Of a stretch of DNA of 64,000 bases, positions 33,639 to 43,156 are shown piece by piece (the first letter of the stretch is position 1; every line of letters begins with the position of its first letter). A program made the position numbers and the translations under genes. A model generated the notes under the pieces. It searched no databases. It was not told the origin of the DNA and saw only the letters and a list, made by a program, of their open reading frames with translations. The stretch comes from Naegleria gruberi (Eukaryota): the NCBI GenBank assembly GCA_000004985.1, contig GG738870.1. One strand, 5' to 3'.

Positions 33639-33998
33639 TTAATTATCAATAATTGAGACTTTCAATTTGTGTAACTCATCAAGTCTCCCTTCATTCTCAA
33701 CCAACTTTACAAAGTCAACCAATTTGAACTGATCCAAAAGAACTGTTCTCGTTTCATTAAACTTTTCTGTATAGTACTTGAGTTTTTCCTCTTCATCCAA
33801 ACTCAACATTTCAATTTTAAATTCAACAAGAGCCAATTTCTTTTCCATTAAATTCGATTCTAATGATGGTGAAGATGATGAGGAGGAGGAATGAGAGTTT
33901 GTGGCTCCGTTTTCATTACGTGTGGCAATTGGTGTATCAACTCTTCTTGCTCGGAATGGTCCGTAGGGAATCAAATCTCTGTATGATGCTGATGACAT
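33639..33998 (-). CDS. Small hypothetical protein, 119 aa
   Basis: ATG ORF with poly-Ser and a C-terminal coiled-coil-like region. Confidence 0.4.
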   Translation of the reverse strand: MSSASYRDLIPYGPFRARRVDTPIATRNENGATNSHSSSSSSSPSLESNLMEKKLALVEFKIEMLSLDEEEKLKYYTEKFNETRTVLLDQFKLVDFVKLVENEGRLDELHKLKVSIIDN

Positions 33999-34283
33999 TT
34001 TTTTTGATAGTAAATTTTTGTAATGGGTTCATAACCCGCTAAAATATTTCCACGTAAATATTTTTATTTTTTCATTAATTTTTTCGCACTTTTGTTAACA
34101 AAAATTCAAGTCAAACTTTATTGATTTTCGTTAATAATTAACAAAAAAAACGAAATAAAAACGTAAACGTTTGTTGGGAAAAAAATTTCAAATTTACAGG
34201 TAAATTAACGCTAAATTTTATCGTAAATTATTGACGATTTTTCAATAATGTTTAACGTTAAATATTATTGAAAAATGTATCAA

Positions 34284-34333
34284 NNNNNNNNNNNNNNNNN
34301 NNNNNNNNNNNNNNNNNNNNNNNNNNNNNNNNN
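34284..34333. other. Assembly gap (run of 50 N)
   Basis: Literal N characters in the sequence. Confidence 0.99.
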
Positions 34334-35391
34334 GTTCTCTCGGAAGCTCACAAATTTCAACACTATTACTTGATCGTCATGTTGAATAGTCAACTGCGAT
34401 AATTGGATGATATCTTGATTTTAGACTTTGAGTGTACCAGACTTAGTTATTATCTGAATCTGAATCCGAATCTGATCAAGGCATGAAATCAAAATCTCCA
34501 ATTTTAGATCAAGATTGAAAGGCAACTCTCTCAAATTTGTGGCTATGATTCTATGCATGTATTATATGAATGAATATTGCAGGATATGATGGCCATGATT
34601 CCAGTTCTTTATTGGGAGAAATTCGATCTCCTCTTCCTGAAACAAAAATATCCTTCATTTCTTCACAAATCTTATTCGCTGATTTAATATCTTGCTGAAT
34701 TGGAACATATGTTGTTGAAAGAGTGAAAATGAGTCCTTCTCCAAAAAGGCAGAATTCATGCTAAAGGGCAGTATAATCAACAGCATTTTACAAGTTCAGT
34801 TCACAGAAAATTTGAAGGTCCTTCTTTACGGAAACAAATCTTGCTAATCCTTTAACACCTGCAGAACAAGTTCAATAGAATCCATTACGTATTATGATAC
34901 TTGTCAATTATGTGATCTTCTTGATCTGAATGAACCCTTAAATTCAGGACAATGTATTGCTGGCAACTATGTAGTGAGTAAGAAACGAGATGCTTTGATA
35001 CAAAAACAAAGAAGGTTTGTCAGGTTGAGTCCTTTTATAATGACTTTTCTTCAATACAGCTTGCTATTGAAGAACCGAAACGTATCATTGAGATATCAAG
35101 GAAAAAGGGTTCCGTGTGTTATTCTTGACCCTTCCAAACAGGCCTAACAAGTATATTACAACAATCAATACATTTAATATTTGACTTTATTAATTTCAAG
35201 ACTTGGTGAAATTTCAAATACTTTCGAAAAAATTTACAAGTCGAGCTTGGGCAATTCTACATTTCGCTCACATCGCAAAAATCCATTAACAAAAAATCGT
35301 TAAAAGTCAAGCCAGCATTTGCGAAAAGGGTTTAGCGGGTAATTTAACTTTTTATTAAAAATTAAATATTTTCAAAAGCTTTACAAAAAAA

Positions 35392-36339
35392 ATGAGCAAT
35401 TTGCAGATACCTAATGTTATGTTACACAATGGACTTGCCATGCCAATTGTCGGATTGGGCACTTGGGAAGTTAATAAATCACCAGAATGTGAAGAAGTAA
35501 TTGAACATGCTATTGATATTGGATATCTTCATATTGATACTGCTTTTATTTATTATAATGAGAAATTAATAGGAACTAAATTACAGGAAATTTACGGAAA
35601 AACCAATATTAAAAGAGAGAATTTATTTATTACTAGTAAATTACCTCCAACAAAGGTACATTCCGAAGAAATGATTAGAGAAACATTTTTCCAATCCCTG
35701 AGTGATTTGCAAACTGATTATGTGGATTGGTAAGTAGTGTAGAATCCGAGAAGTGAGAATTAATTATTATTTCGGAAATGTTGAAGTTATTTAATTCACT
35801 GGCCTGGAACAAGTAAATTAAAGGTTAACAGCGATCAAAATAGGATTAATAGATTGGCAACATGGCGCGCTTTGGAAAATTTGTACAGGGAAGGAAAGGC
35901 AAAATCTATTGGTGTCAGTAATTTTACATTGAAACATATGAATGAATTATTGGAGGATATCAAGTCTAGAGATAATGGCATAATTCCACACGTAAATCAG
36001 ATTGAATATCACCCATTGCTTTACAAAACTCATAAGGAATTGGAAAAATTATGCAAGGAAAACAACATTGTCATTCAAGCTTATTCTCCACTTGCTCATG
36101 GTGAATTAATGACAGGAAAATATGGTGAAGTCACTTCTAGAGAATGTTTGCAATGGATTTTACAGAAGGGACATGTCATTTTGCCAAGAAGTGTCAAGAG
36201 AAATCACATGGAAGATAATTTCAAGGCAGTTACAGACTTTGCAGCTGGTATCATTGATGACCAAACCAGATTGAGTAGATTGGACTCTTTAGTTTCTGAT
36301 GAAGTTAGAGTTTGTTGGGATCCTGAACAAATTGCTTAA
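35392..36339 (+). CDS. Aldo-keto reductase (AKR superfamily). Two exons: 35392-35729 and 35787-36339
   Basis: AKR motifs: GLGTWE, IDTAFIY, and LQTDYVD|CYLIHWP rebuilt across a 57-nt intron (GTAAGT donor at 35730, TTGAAG acceptor). Also AKSIGVSNF and IPHVNQIEYHP. Total 296 aa. Confidence 0.75.
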
Positions 36340-36344
36340 AACAC

Positions 36345-39095
36345 TTATTTATTTCTCTTTTGTTTCTTATTCTTGTTTTGAGCAGGAGCCTTAGTTGTTG
36401 GCTTTTGTTTTCTCTTCTTGTTACCTTGTTCTGGATTCTTTTCTCTTTGGAGTTCTTCCTTTTCTTGTTGGAGAAGTTCGTCTTCATCGTCGTCCATCAA
36501 TTGGGCAACTTCGTCTCTATTTGCCTTGTCAGAAACTGTTGTGATATCAAAGCCATAACCTTCAGTTTCACCTGGCATGGTATCTTCATCGTCACTTTCT
36601 TGTTGTTGCAAAAGTTCCATGACTTGCTCGTCGTCCATTTCATTGAATGGATCTTCATCGTCACTAAAGTTGTCATCCATGGCAGCAAGGAATTCTTCCT
36701 CTCTTCCCTTTGAAAGTTTCTTCTTTTCTTCCCTTGCTTCTCTTTCCTTTTCGAGTTCATCCTTTCTCTTGAACTTTTCAACCATAAACTTGTGGAAGAA
36801 TCGTTCATCAGCCTTAACTAATTCGTCTGGCAACTCAGCAAAGTCCTTAGTGTTAACACCGGAAGCTCCTCTGATAACTCTTTCAGCAGCTTGAGCGGCC
36901 TTTGACTTGGAGAACAAACCTGAACCCTTTTCCTTCATGGCCTTCTTAGAAACTGGCTTGAACATCATCTTGTCAATGAAGGCAGTGGTTGAGAAGTCAA
37001 CAATTGGGTTACCCTTGTAGAGAGTTTTACCTGATTGAGAAAAGATGTGATCAACGAATTCAGCAACACTTGGATGGAAATGATGCTTGAGAATGTTGAG
37101 TTCCCATAAACCAGTTGTCAAGGCATTGGCAGCTTCTGGTTTTGGAGTTGTTGGGTCATAATCACTGCTTTCTGTGAATGGATTAGTACCTCTGGCCTTT
37201 TGTGAAGCAACAGTCTTCTTCTTTGAATCAACTTGCTTTTCAGATCCTTCAGATGTCTTCTTTGGAGCAAATCCATCGATAACAATTTCATTACCAACAA
37301 TTTTAACAGATTCATCCTTTGTTGAGAGAACTCTTGTTTCAACCTTCTTGGCTTCAGCTTCTTCTTCATCATCAAAATCTTCGAATGCTTCTTCTTCATC
37401 ATCTTCCATATCTTTAGAACCATCGGATTTCTTAGGTGTCAAAAAGTTCTTTTGTTGAATCATACTCAAATGAAGACCAGGTTTAACCTTAAGAATTTGA
37501 TCAATAACCATGAGAACAGCAGCACTGTAACCTGGATTTGAACAAGTGAAACAACTTTGTAAAATTCTCTTACAGAAAGCAGCAACTCTCTTGAGATTCA
37601 AATCTTCACGAACTGTTTCATAGACAACCAACAACAAGTTTTGAACCTTGAAACCAGTATGTCCTTCATCAAGTAATTTATCGTAAAGCAAGGTGTAGAA
37701 ACGTGTCAGCGTTCGTTCATCATTGGAAATAAAAGCAATAGAGTAAATTAATTTACAGGCATTAACAGCAGTAAGCAATGGAGTAATTCTGGCAATCTTG
37801 AAAAGTAAATTGAGGGTATCTTCATCAGGTGAGAACATTGTCTTGGTATGTTTTAAACTCTTGAACATGCCTGAAAGCAAAGATCCAAGGAAGTTAGTAT
37901 TTGTAAGATTTTGAGTCTTGTCTTCCTTCTTCTTCTTCTTTTGAGATTTAACCAAATCCAAATATTCACCCTTTAAAACATCAACACAACTCTTCAAAAC
38001 AAAATCGGCAACATCAGCATCGTGTTCAGGTGTATAAGTCATGTTTGTTAAGAAAGATGCAGCGAAACCTCTCTTTGAAGCATCCATCTTGTTATTTAAC
38101 AAAAATTCACAAACTGATTTACACAAGAACATCTTGTCCAATGAGGTAACCAAGTGAGGATTGTTTTCAACTCGAGAATTGACGAGAGCAGTCAAATAGT
38201 ACAATGCTCTGGCATTAATAGAATTCTTTGGATCAGCAAACTTTGTGACCAAGAGAACAATTAAAGTATCTCTCCTTTCTGGACTAGCCTTAATCAAGTC
38301 ACGAATATTTCTCATAGTTCTTATTGTCACAACATCCAAAGCATTGGCTCTTTCTTTGATATTTTCAGCCAAAACTTCATTAATGAATGTTTGATACTTC
38401 TTCTTGAGTAATTCTTCAAAATACCATGCTCCTAAAACGCTTCCAACTTGTTGCATATTTTCCTTCTTCTTTTTCTTGTTATTTAAACGTTCAAAATGAT
38501 GAACAGCTTGATATATTGTTGACATAGATATTGATGAATTGTTTGATTTTTCTCTTTCTTTAAAATCAAAAAGTGTTCTGTGTGTAAGAAGTAAATTTTG
38601 GAACAAATCTGTAGAAGTCTTGACAGCAAGTTCTGCAGCTCTGTGATTCTTAGGGTGATTACAAATTGTAATCAATTCATCAATGTGGTTCAGTCTCAAA
38701 ATTGGCTTTTCTTGTACAAGCAAGGACAAGGAAGCAATTTTATCCATGATTGTACCCTTTTCAATGAATTCCTTTTCGAATTGATCTGCTTCCGATTCGT
38801 GATTTGTTAAAGCATTTTGATGTTCCTTCTTTGCAATACTATATAATTCTTGTACTTGTAAAAGTGTAAGTGTTTTCTTTTCATCAATTTCAATATTAGA
38901 ATCGGCAATTAATTGTTGTAAATTTAACTCATCCTTTCTCAACTGTGTGGCCCAAGTTGGTTCTGTTCTTTTCTTTTGAGAAGTTTCATCTTCTTGTTCT
39001 TCCTCCTTCTTGATGGATTCATCCACAACTTCCTCTTCCTTCTCCACGGAACCACCAAATAAATCTTCTGGTTTTGTTTCTTGTGATTTGCTCAT
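36345..39095 (-). CDS. Nucleolar ribosome-biogenesis protein, probably CBF/Mak21 (NOC1/CEBPZ-like) family, 916 aa
   Basis: The track start at 39128 is TTG; the first ATG is 39095. Helical core with acidic tracts and a Lys-rich C-terminal tail. The family call rests on architecture, not on a remembered motif. Confidence 0.5.
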   Translation of the reverse strand: MSKSQETKPEDLFGGSVEKEEEVVDESIKKEEEQEDETSQKKRTEPTWATQLRKDELNLQQLIADSNIEIDEKKTLTLLQVQELYSIAKKEHQNALTNHESEADQFEKEFIEKGTIMDKIASLSLLVQEKPILRLNHIDELITICNHPKNHRAAELAVKTSTDLFQNLLLTHRTLFDFKEREKSNNSSISMSTIYQAVHHFERLNNKKKKKENMQQVGSVLGAWYFEELLKKKYQTFINEVLAENIKERANALDVVTIRTMRNIRDLIKASPERRDTLIVLLVTKFADPKNSINARALYYLTALVNSRVENNPHLVTSLDKMFLCKSVCEFLLNNKMDASKRGFAASFLTNMTYTPEHDADVADFVLKSCVDVLKGEYLDLVKSQKKKKKEDKTQNLTNTNFLGSLLSGMFKSLKHTKTMFSPDEDTLNLLFKIARITPLLTAVNACKLIYSIAFISNDERTLTRFYTLLYDKLLDEGHTGFKVQNLLLVVYETVREDLNLKRVAAFCKRILQSCFTCSNPGYSAAVLMVIDQILKVKPGLHLSMIQQKNFLTPKKSDGSKDMEDDEEEAFEDFDDEEEAEAKKVETRVLSTKDESVKIVGNEIVIDGFAPKKTSEGSEKQVDSKKKTVASQKARGTNPFTESSDYDPTTPKPEAANALTTGLWELNILKHHFHPSVAEFVDHIFSQSGKTLYKGNPIVDFSTTAFIDKMMFKPVSKKAMKEKGSGLFSKSKAAQAAERVIRGASGVNTKDFAELPDELVKADERFFHKFMVEKFKRKDELEKEREAREEKKKLSKGREEEFLAAMDDNFSDDEDPFNEMDDEQVMELLQQQESDDEDTMPGETEGYGFDITTVSDKANRDEVAQLMDDDEDELLQQEKEELQREKNPEQGNKKRKQKPTTKAPAQNKNKKQKRNK

Positions 39096-39411
39096 TTTTT
39101 TTGAGTGTTGTTTTTTCAAAAATTTCAAAAAAATATTGAATGTTGGATGTTGATGATTAATATTAATATTGATATTATTAATAATTGATGAAGGTATTAA
39201 AAAATACTATTGAATCAATTGACCGTATTATTCATAGTATTGTTGGGCAATATTAGAAATTAAAATTTTTAATATTTTAGAATGATTGGGCTTGTTGTGA
39301 TAACGGATGAGAGTAAATGGCGCCAATCTTTTTTCTTCCGTTACGATTTTTTCATCTTAAAAAAAACGAGTAATTTAAGCGATAGAGAAGACCATCATCA
39401 TTAACTTCACC

Positions 39412-40542
39412 ATGCGGCAAGATAAGGAAAGGTATGAGTTTATGATGGAGGATAGAAAACCAATTTATGAACGAGTTGGGCAAATGCAATTGGAGAGGTA
39501 CGAAAAGGAAAAATTAAGAAAGCAACAACAACACGAGGAAGAGAGAAAAAAACTGAGAAGTGCTCCGGCCATAAGCAGAGAATCACAAAGAATTGTTGCT
39601 GCTATGAAAAATAGGGTTCCAATCACTGATAGAGTAAATAGTATTGATGATCAAACATTAATGGAAAAGGAGAAGGCAAAAAGAAGATTTATGGAAGTTA
39701 AAAAGGAGGAGCTTGAAGATTGTACATTCCAACCACAAGTTAATCCAGTCTCTAAGAAGATTGTACAATCAAAAACAAAGCAACAATCATTCTTTGAAAG
39801 GCAAAAGATGTATGAAGCAAGAGAAAAGATGAAACAGGAATACATGTCAAAAACAGAGCAAGCTCAATATAATTTCAAACCATCTATTTCAAAAACATCG
39901 AATGATATTTGTAAGAAGAATCTAAATAGAGCAGGTACAATGGAAGATATTTATGATAGGCTCACTAACAGAGACAAGAAGAGAATGGATCACATCAAAA
40001 CAGAGATTGCAGAACAATACTATTCTAAATTTTCATTTCATCCAACGATTAATCAAGTTTCAAATGTAATAGCTGCTCCAACCGACTTGGAAGAGCTTGT
40101 CAATAATTCCAAAAGTAAGAGAATCAAAGAAGAACTCACTCTTAAAGTTATGGAAAAAGAAAACTATAGTTTCCAACCAACCCTAGTATCACAAAATGAT
40201 AAATATCTTCAAGACAGAAAACCTTATGCAGTAATCAACGAGCAAGAAAAATTCTTGAAACAAAAAGAAATTAAGAGAGCTAAGGCACTTATAGAATTAG
40301 AGTGTGAACAACTCCAAGAATGTACATTCCAACCAACAATTAATGAAGGAAAGCCTTCACTAGAAGCAGATACCCCTATAGTAATTAAGGGTCTAGGTAG
40401 ACATATTGAAAGAAGAGAACGAGCCAAGAGAATTGAAGAAGAAAGGCGAGAAAGAAACGAAGAAGTATTCAGACCTAAAGTATATTCTAAGAAAGTGGGA
40501 GGAGCCACAATTATGGAACCATTTTCATTTAACTACAACTAG
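39412..40542 (+). CDS. Charged coiled-coil protein with four copies of a [CYF][TS]F[QH]P[TQ][ILV]N motif, 376 aa
   Basis: Copies: DCTFQPQVN, FSFHPTIN, YSFQPTLV, ECTFQPTIN, spaced 60-90 aa apart in K/E/R-rich helical sequence. Confidence 0.55.
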   Translation: MRQDKERYEFMMEDRKPIYERVGQMQLERYEKEKLRKQQQHEEERKKLRSAPAISRESQRIVAAMKNRVPITDRVNSIDDQTLMEKEKAKRRFMEVKKEELEDCTFQPQVNPVSKKIVQSKTKQQSFFERQKMYEAREKMKQEYMSKTEQAQYNFKPSISKTSNDICKKNLNRAGTMEDIYDRLTNRDKKRMDHIKTEIAEQYYSKFSFHPTINQVSNVIAAPTDLEELVNNSKSKRIKEELTLKVMEKENYSFQPTLVSQNDKYLQDRKPYAVINEQEKFLKQKEIKRAKALIELECEQLQECTFQPTINEGKPSLEADTPIVIKGLGRHIERRERAKRIEEERRERNEEVFRPKVYSKKVGGATIMEPFSFNYN

Positions 40543-40578
40543 ATTTAATCACAATTCTTTTACTAAATTTGTAATTTA

Positions 40579-41805
40579 TTAAAAGTTAGTGCCTTTAAAA
40601 ACAGCAAAATTCTTAGTTTGAGAATATAAATCCTCTAATTGTTGATAACTAGCAATTACTGAATCTGAAATTGAATGTCTATCACTTTTGTCGTCCTTAA
40701 AGTCAGGTGAGATTCTTCTGATCGTTTGCTTCTTTTCCTTACTGTTATAATTCCTAGGGTATTCATAGTCATTATTTAGAGACACGTCACTCTTTGAATC
40801 ATCATCAAAATTATCAAAACTTGGTGGAATATTTCTAGTGTTTGGCTTTTCTCGCTCCTTATATTTACTACTTGGTTCTGAATATTTGAATTCTTTCAAG
40901 TCCTTTTCTCGTGACTCATATTTTTGTTCATATCTTGGTTTATCCATATTATGCAATTGGTTTACTCTACCACTGCCGCTAGTTGGTTGTTTCATGGAGG
41001 ACAATCCATTACTATCAGCCAAAAAACCAGCACTTGCTCGAAGCAATGAAAAGGTGTTTTGGTCTGTCAATTTACAAATATCAATATCAGAAGAAAATGG
41101 AGGAATGTTTGTCTTTAAACATAAATCAACCTTTTCCTTAACGGAATCGGAATAAGGTTGACGAGAGAGAACTGACTCGGTCATATCAATAGATCTCATA
41201 TTTTTCTTCAGTTGATCTATTTTCGTATCTAGTGGTTCTGTCATATCATTTTCGATATCTTGAAGTGTTCTTAGGGAGTCCTGAAGTAATGATTCCAATC
41301 TTTGTTTCATCATTCCATATGTTTGCATTATTTGTTTTTCCATCATTTCCTTACTTTGTCTAACATCTTCTCTAACAATATTGAAATGTTCCAACGAGGT
41401 TGTATTTTGTTTCTTGAGGTGAGTTAATTTTTGTTGAAGGTATTCTCTTCGTTTTGATTCCATCATGTTATTATTATTACTAAGACTTGGAGAATGGGTT
41501 GGAGATACAGAGGATTCATAGCTTGGTGGTAGTTCATTAGAGTACATTGATTTTCTCGTCCTTGATGCTGGATTTGGTTCAGAGGACATTGGTGCATAAC
41601 TTGAATAGGTTTTTGATGATGGAGGACCAATATCAAAATCAGGGGTTAGAGAAGAATATCTTGGAGGAGGGGACTTTCTTCCCCCACCAGATCTTGACGA
41701 CCTTTGATTATTTGTAGAAGAAGAAAATTGTTCATTCATTCCATTATTATAATTATATTGTTGGCCTTGATGGTGTCGTTCCATCATGCGATCATTGTTG
41801 AACAT
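40579..41805 (-). CDS. Hypothetical Ser/Pro/Asn-rich protein with central coiled coil, ~408 aa
   Basis: The track start at 41841 is TTG; the first in-frame ATG is the codon 41803-41805. It ends 36 nt from the convergent gene 39412-40542. Confidence 0.45.
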   Translation of the reverse strand: MFNNDRMMERHHQGQQYNYNNGMNEQFSSSTNNQRSSRSGGGRKSPPPRYSSLTPDFDIGPPSSKTYSSYAPMSSEPNPASRTRKSMYSNELPPSYESSVSPTHSPSLSNNNNMMESKRREYLQQKLTHLKKQNTTSLEHFNIVREDVRQSKEMMEKQIMQTYGMMKQRLESLLQDSLRTLQDIENDMTEPLDTKIDQLKKNMRSIDMTESVLSRQPYSDSVKEKVDLCLKTNIPPFSSDIDICKLTDQNTFSLLRASAGFLADSNGLSSMKQPTSGSGRVNQLHNMDKPRYEQKYESREKDLKEFKYSEPSSKYKEREKPNTRNIPPSFDNFDDDSKSDVSLNNDYEYPRNYNSKEKKQTIRRISPDFKDDKSDRHSISDSVIASYQQLEDLYSQTKNFAVFKGTNF

Positions 41806-41950
41806 TATTTTTGAAAAAATTGTACAAGCAAAAGGCGCCAAAATTGTTTTTTGATTCTGAATATTAGCGCTTTCAATGAAGATACAAAATGAATTTACAG
41901 AGTAATTGGCGCCAACTGTTTCATTGATTCACAGTATTTTCCATCTTAAA

Positions 41951-43043
41951 ATGAATGAGCAAAACTCTTCCACAACATCCGCTCCAGAGGAAAGACAAAG
42001 AGGTTTGAGCAATGGAGAAGCAAGCTCTTCAATCTTCCAAACACCATCAAGAAACAACAATGAGGAAGGTTTTTCTGCCTCAACACCCTTCTCGGCTTTT
42101 AGAACAGCTAAGAAGGAGGAAGAACAATCATCATCACAAGGAGGAAATGAAGTATCAGCAGTTAAGGCTAAATATACTGAAAAAACACCATCAGCAGTGA
42201 AATCAGAAACTAGAAATTTGTTGAAGAGAATGGATACAGATGATGCTCTGGAAGCCTTTGAACAATTGTACACTTTGAGTTTGTTTGGTAAGTATCAAGG
42301 TGATCGTTTAAAATTAATAACAATCACACAAACAGCCAGTCACAGACAGCAAATGCTCGATACTGGAGTTATCAGTTCCCTCACTTTGGCATTAAAAACA
42401 AAGCAAAATCGTATCAGGGAATATTGTGCAAGGACTCTTCAATTATTTGCTCAAGACGGAGAAGAGAGTTGTATCGCAATGAAGAGACTCAATATGTGTA
42501 ATTCTAGTTTGGAAATTATTTCTAAAGTTGATGATTTGAATGTAAGAATAACTGTAGTTGGATTAATTTATTGGCTCTGTCAAAATCGTATGTAAATAAT
42601 TATTAGATATATTCAAAATTTCCCATACAATAGCACATTGTAAAAAAGAATTTGTTGATATGGGAACTGAATCCTACATTAAGGAAATTTCAAATAAGAA
42701 TAAGGATCCAATGCTTGCTAAATATTTGAATTATGTATTACACAGTCTCTCCAGTAGAGTGAAAAGTAGAGAAGAAATGTTGAATGAGATTCTTCTCCAA
42801 CAAAAGGAAATGCAAGCTTTGGAACAAGAAAAGAAACAAGACTTTATCCCATATGTAAATCCATCTCCAAGACACTTTTTCAATATTTCTAAAACCCCTT
42901 CTTCCTCTCCAATGACAACCCCAAGAAAAAAGTTAGATTTCTCCACTCCTTCAAAAGCTAACACATCCTTTTCTCAAACTGAAAAATCCACAACCCTAAG
43001 ATCTGAATTGGTTTACGAATCTGATGAATTTGGAGGTCAATAA
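41951..43043 (+). CDS. Armadillo-like hypothetical protein. Two exons: 41951-42587 and 42634-43043
   Basis: The first ATG is 41951 (track start is TTG). GTATGT donor at 42588, TAG acceptor at 42631-42633; the phase-1 junction joins ...YWLCQN|P|HCKKEFVDMGTES. ARM-like: VISSLTLALKTKQNRIREYCARTLQLFAQ. Total 348 aa. Confidence 0.5.
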
Positions 43044-43156
43044 TCTCTTTAACTTTTCAACTCCAAACTCAAAATGATTTGCATCAGAATAAAAGTAAGC
43101 CTATTGAAATTCTGCTAATTACCGTTGCATTTGTAAATTGCACTAAATTTCAAAAA

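Noticed and set aside
36360-37458. Several 100-aa ORFs antisense to, or offset within, the 36345-39095 gene
   Set aside because: They map to its Lys/Glu-rich C-terminal tail and are low-complexity artefacts. The long sense ORF carries the structured protein.
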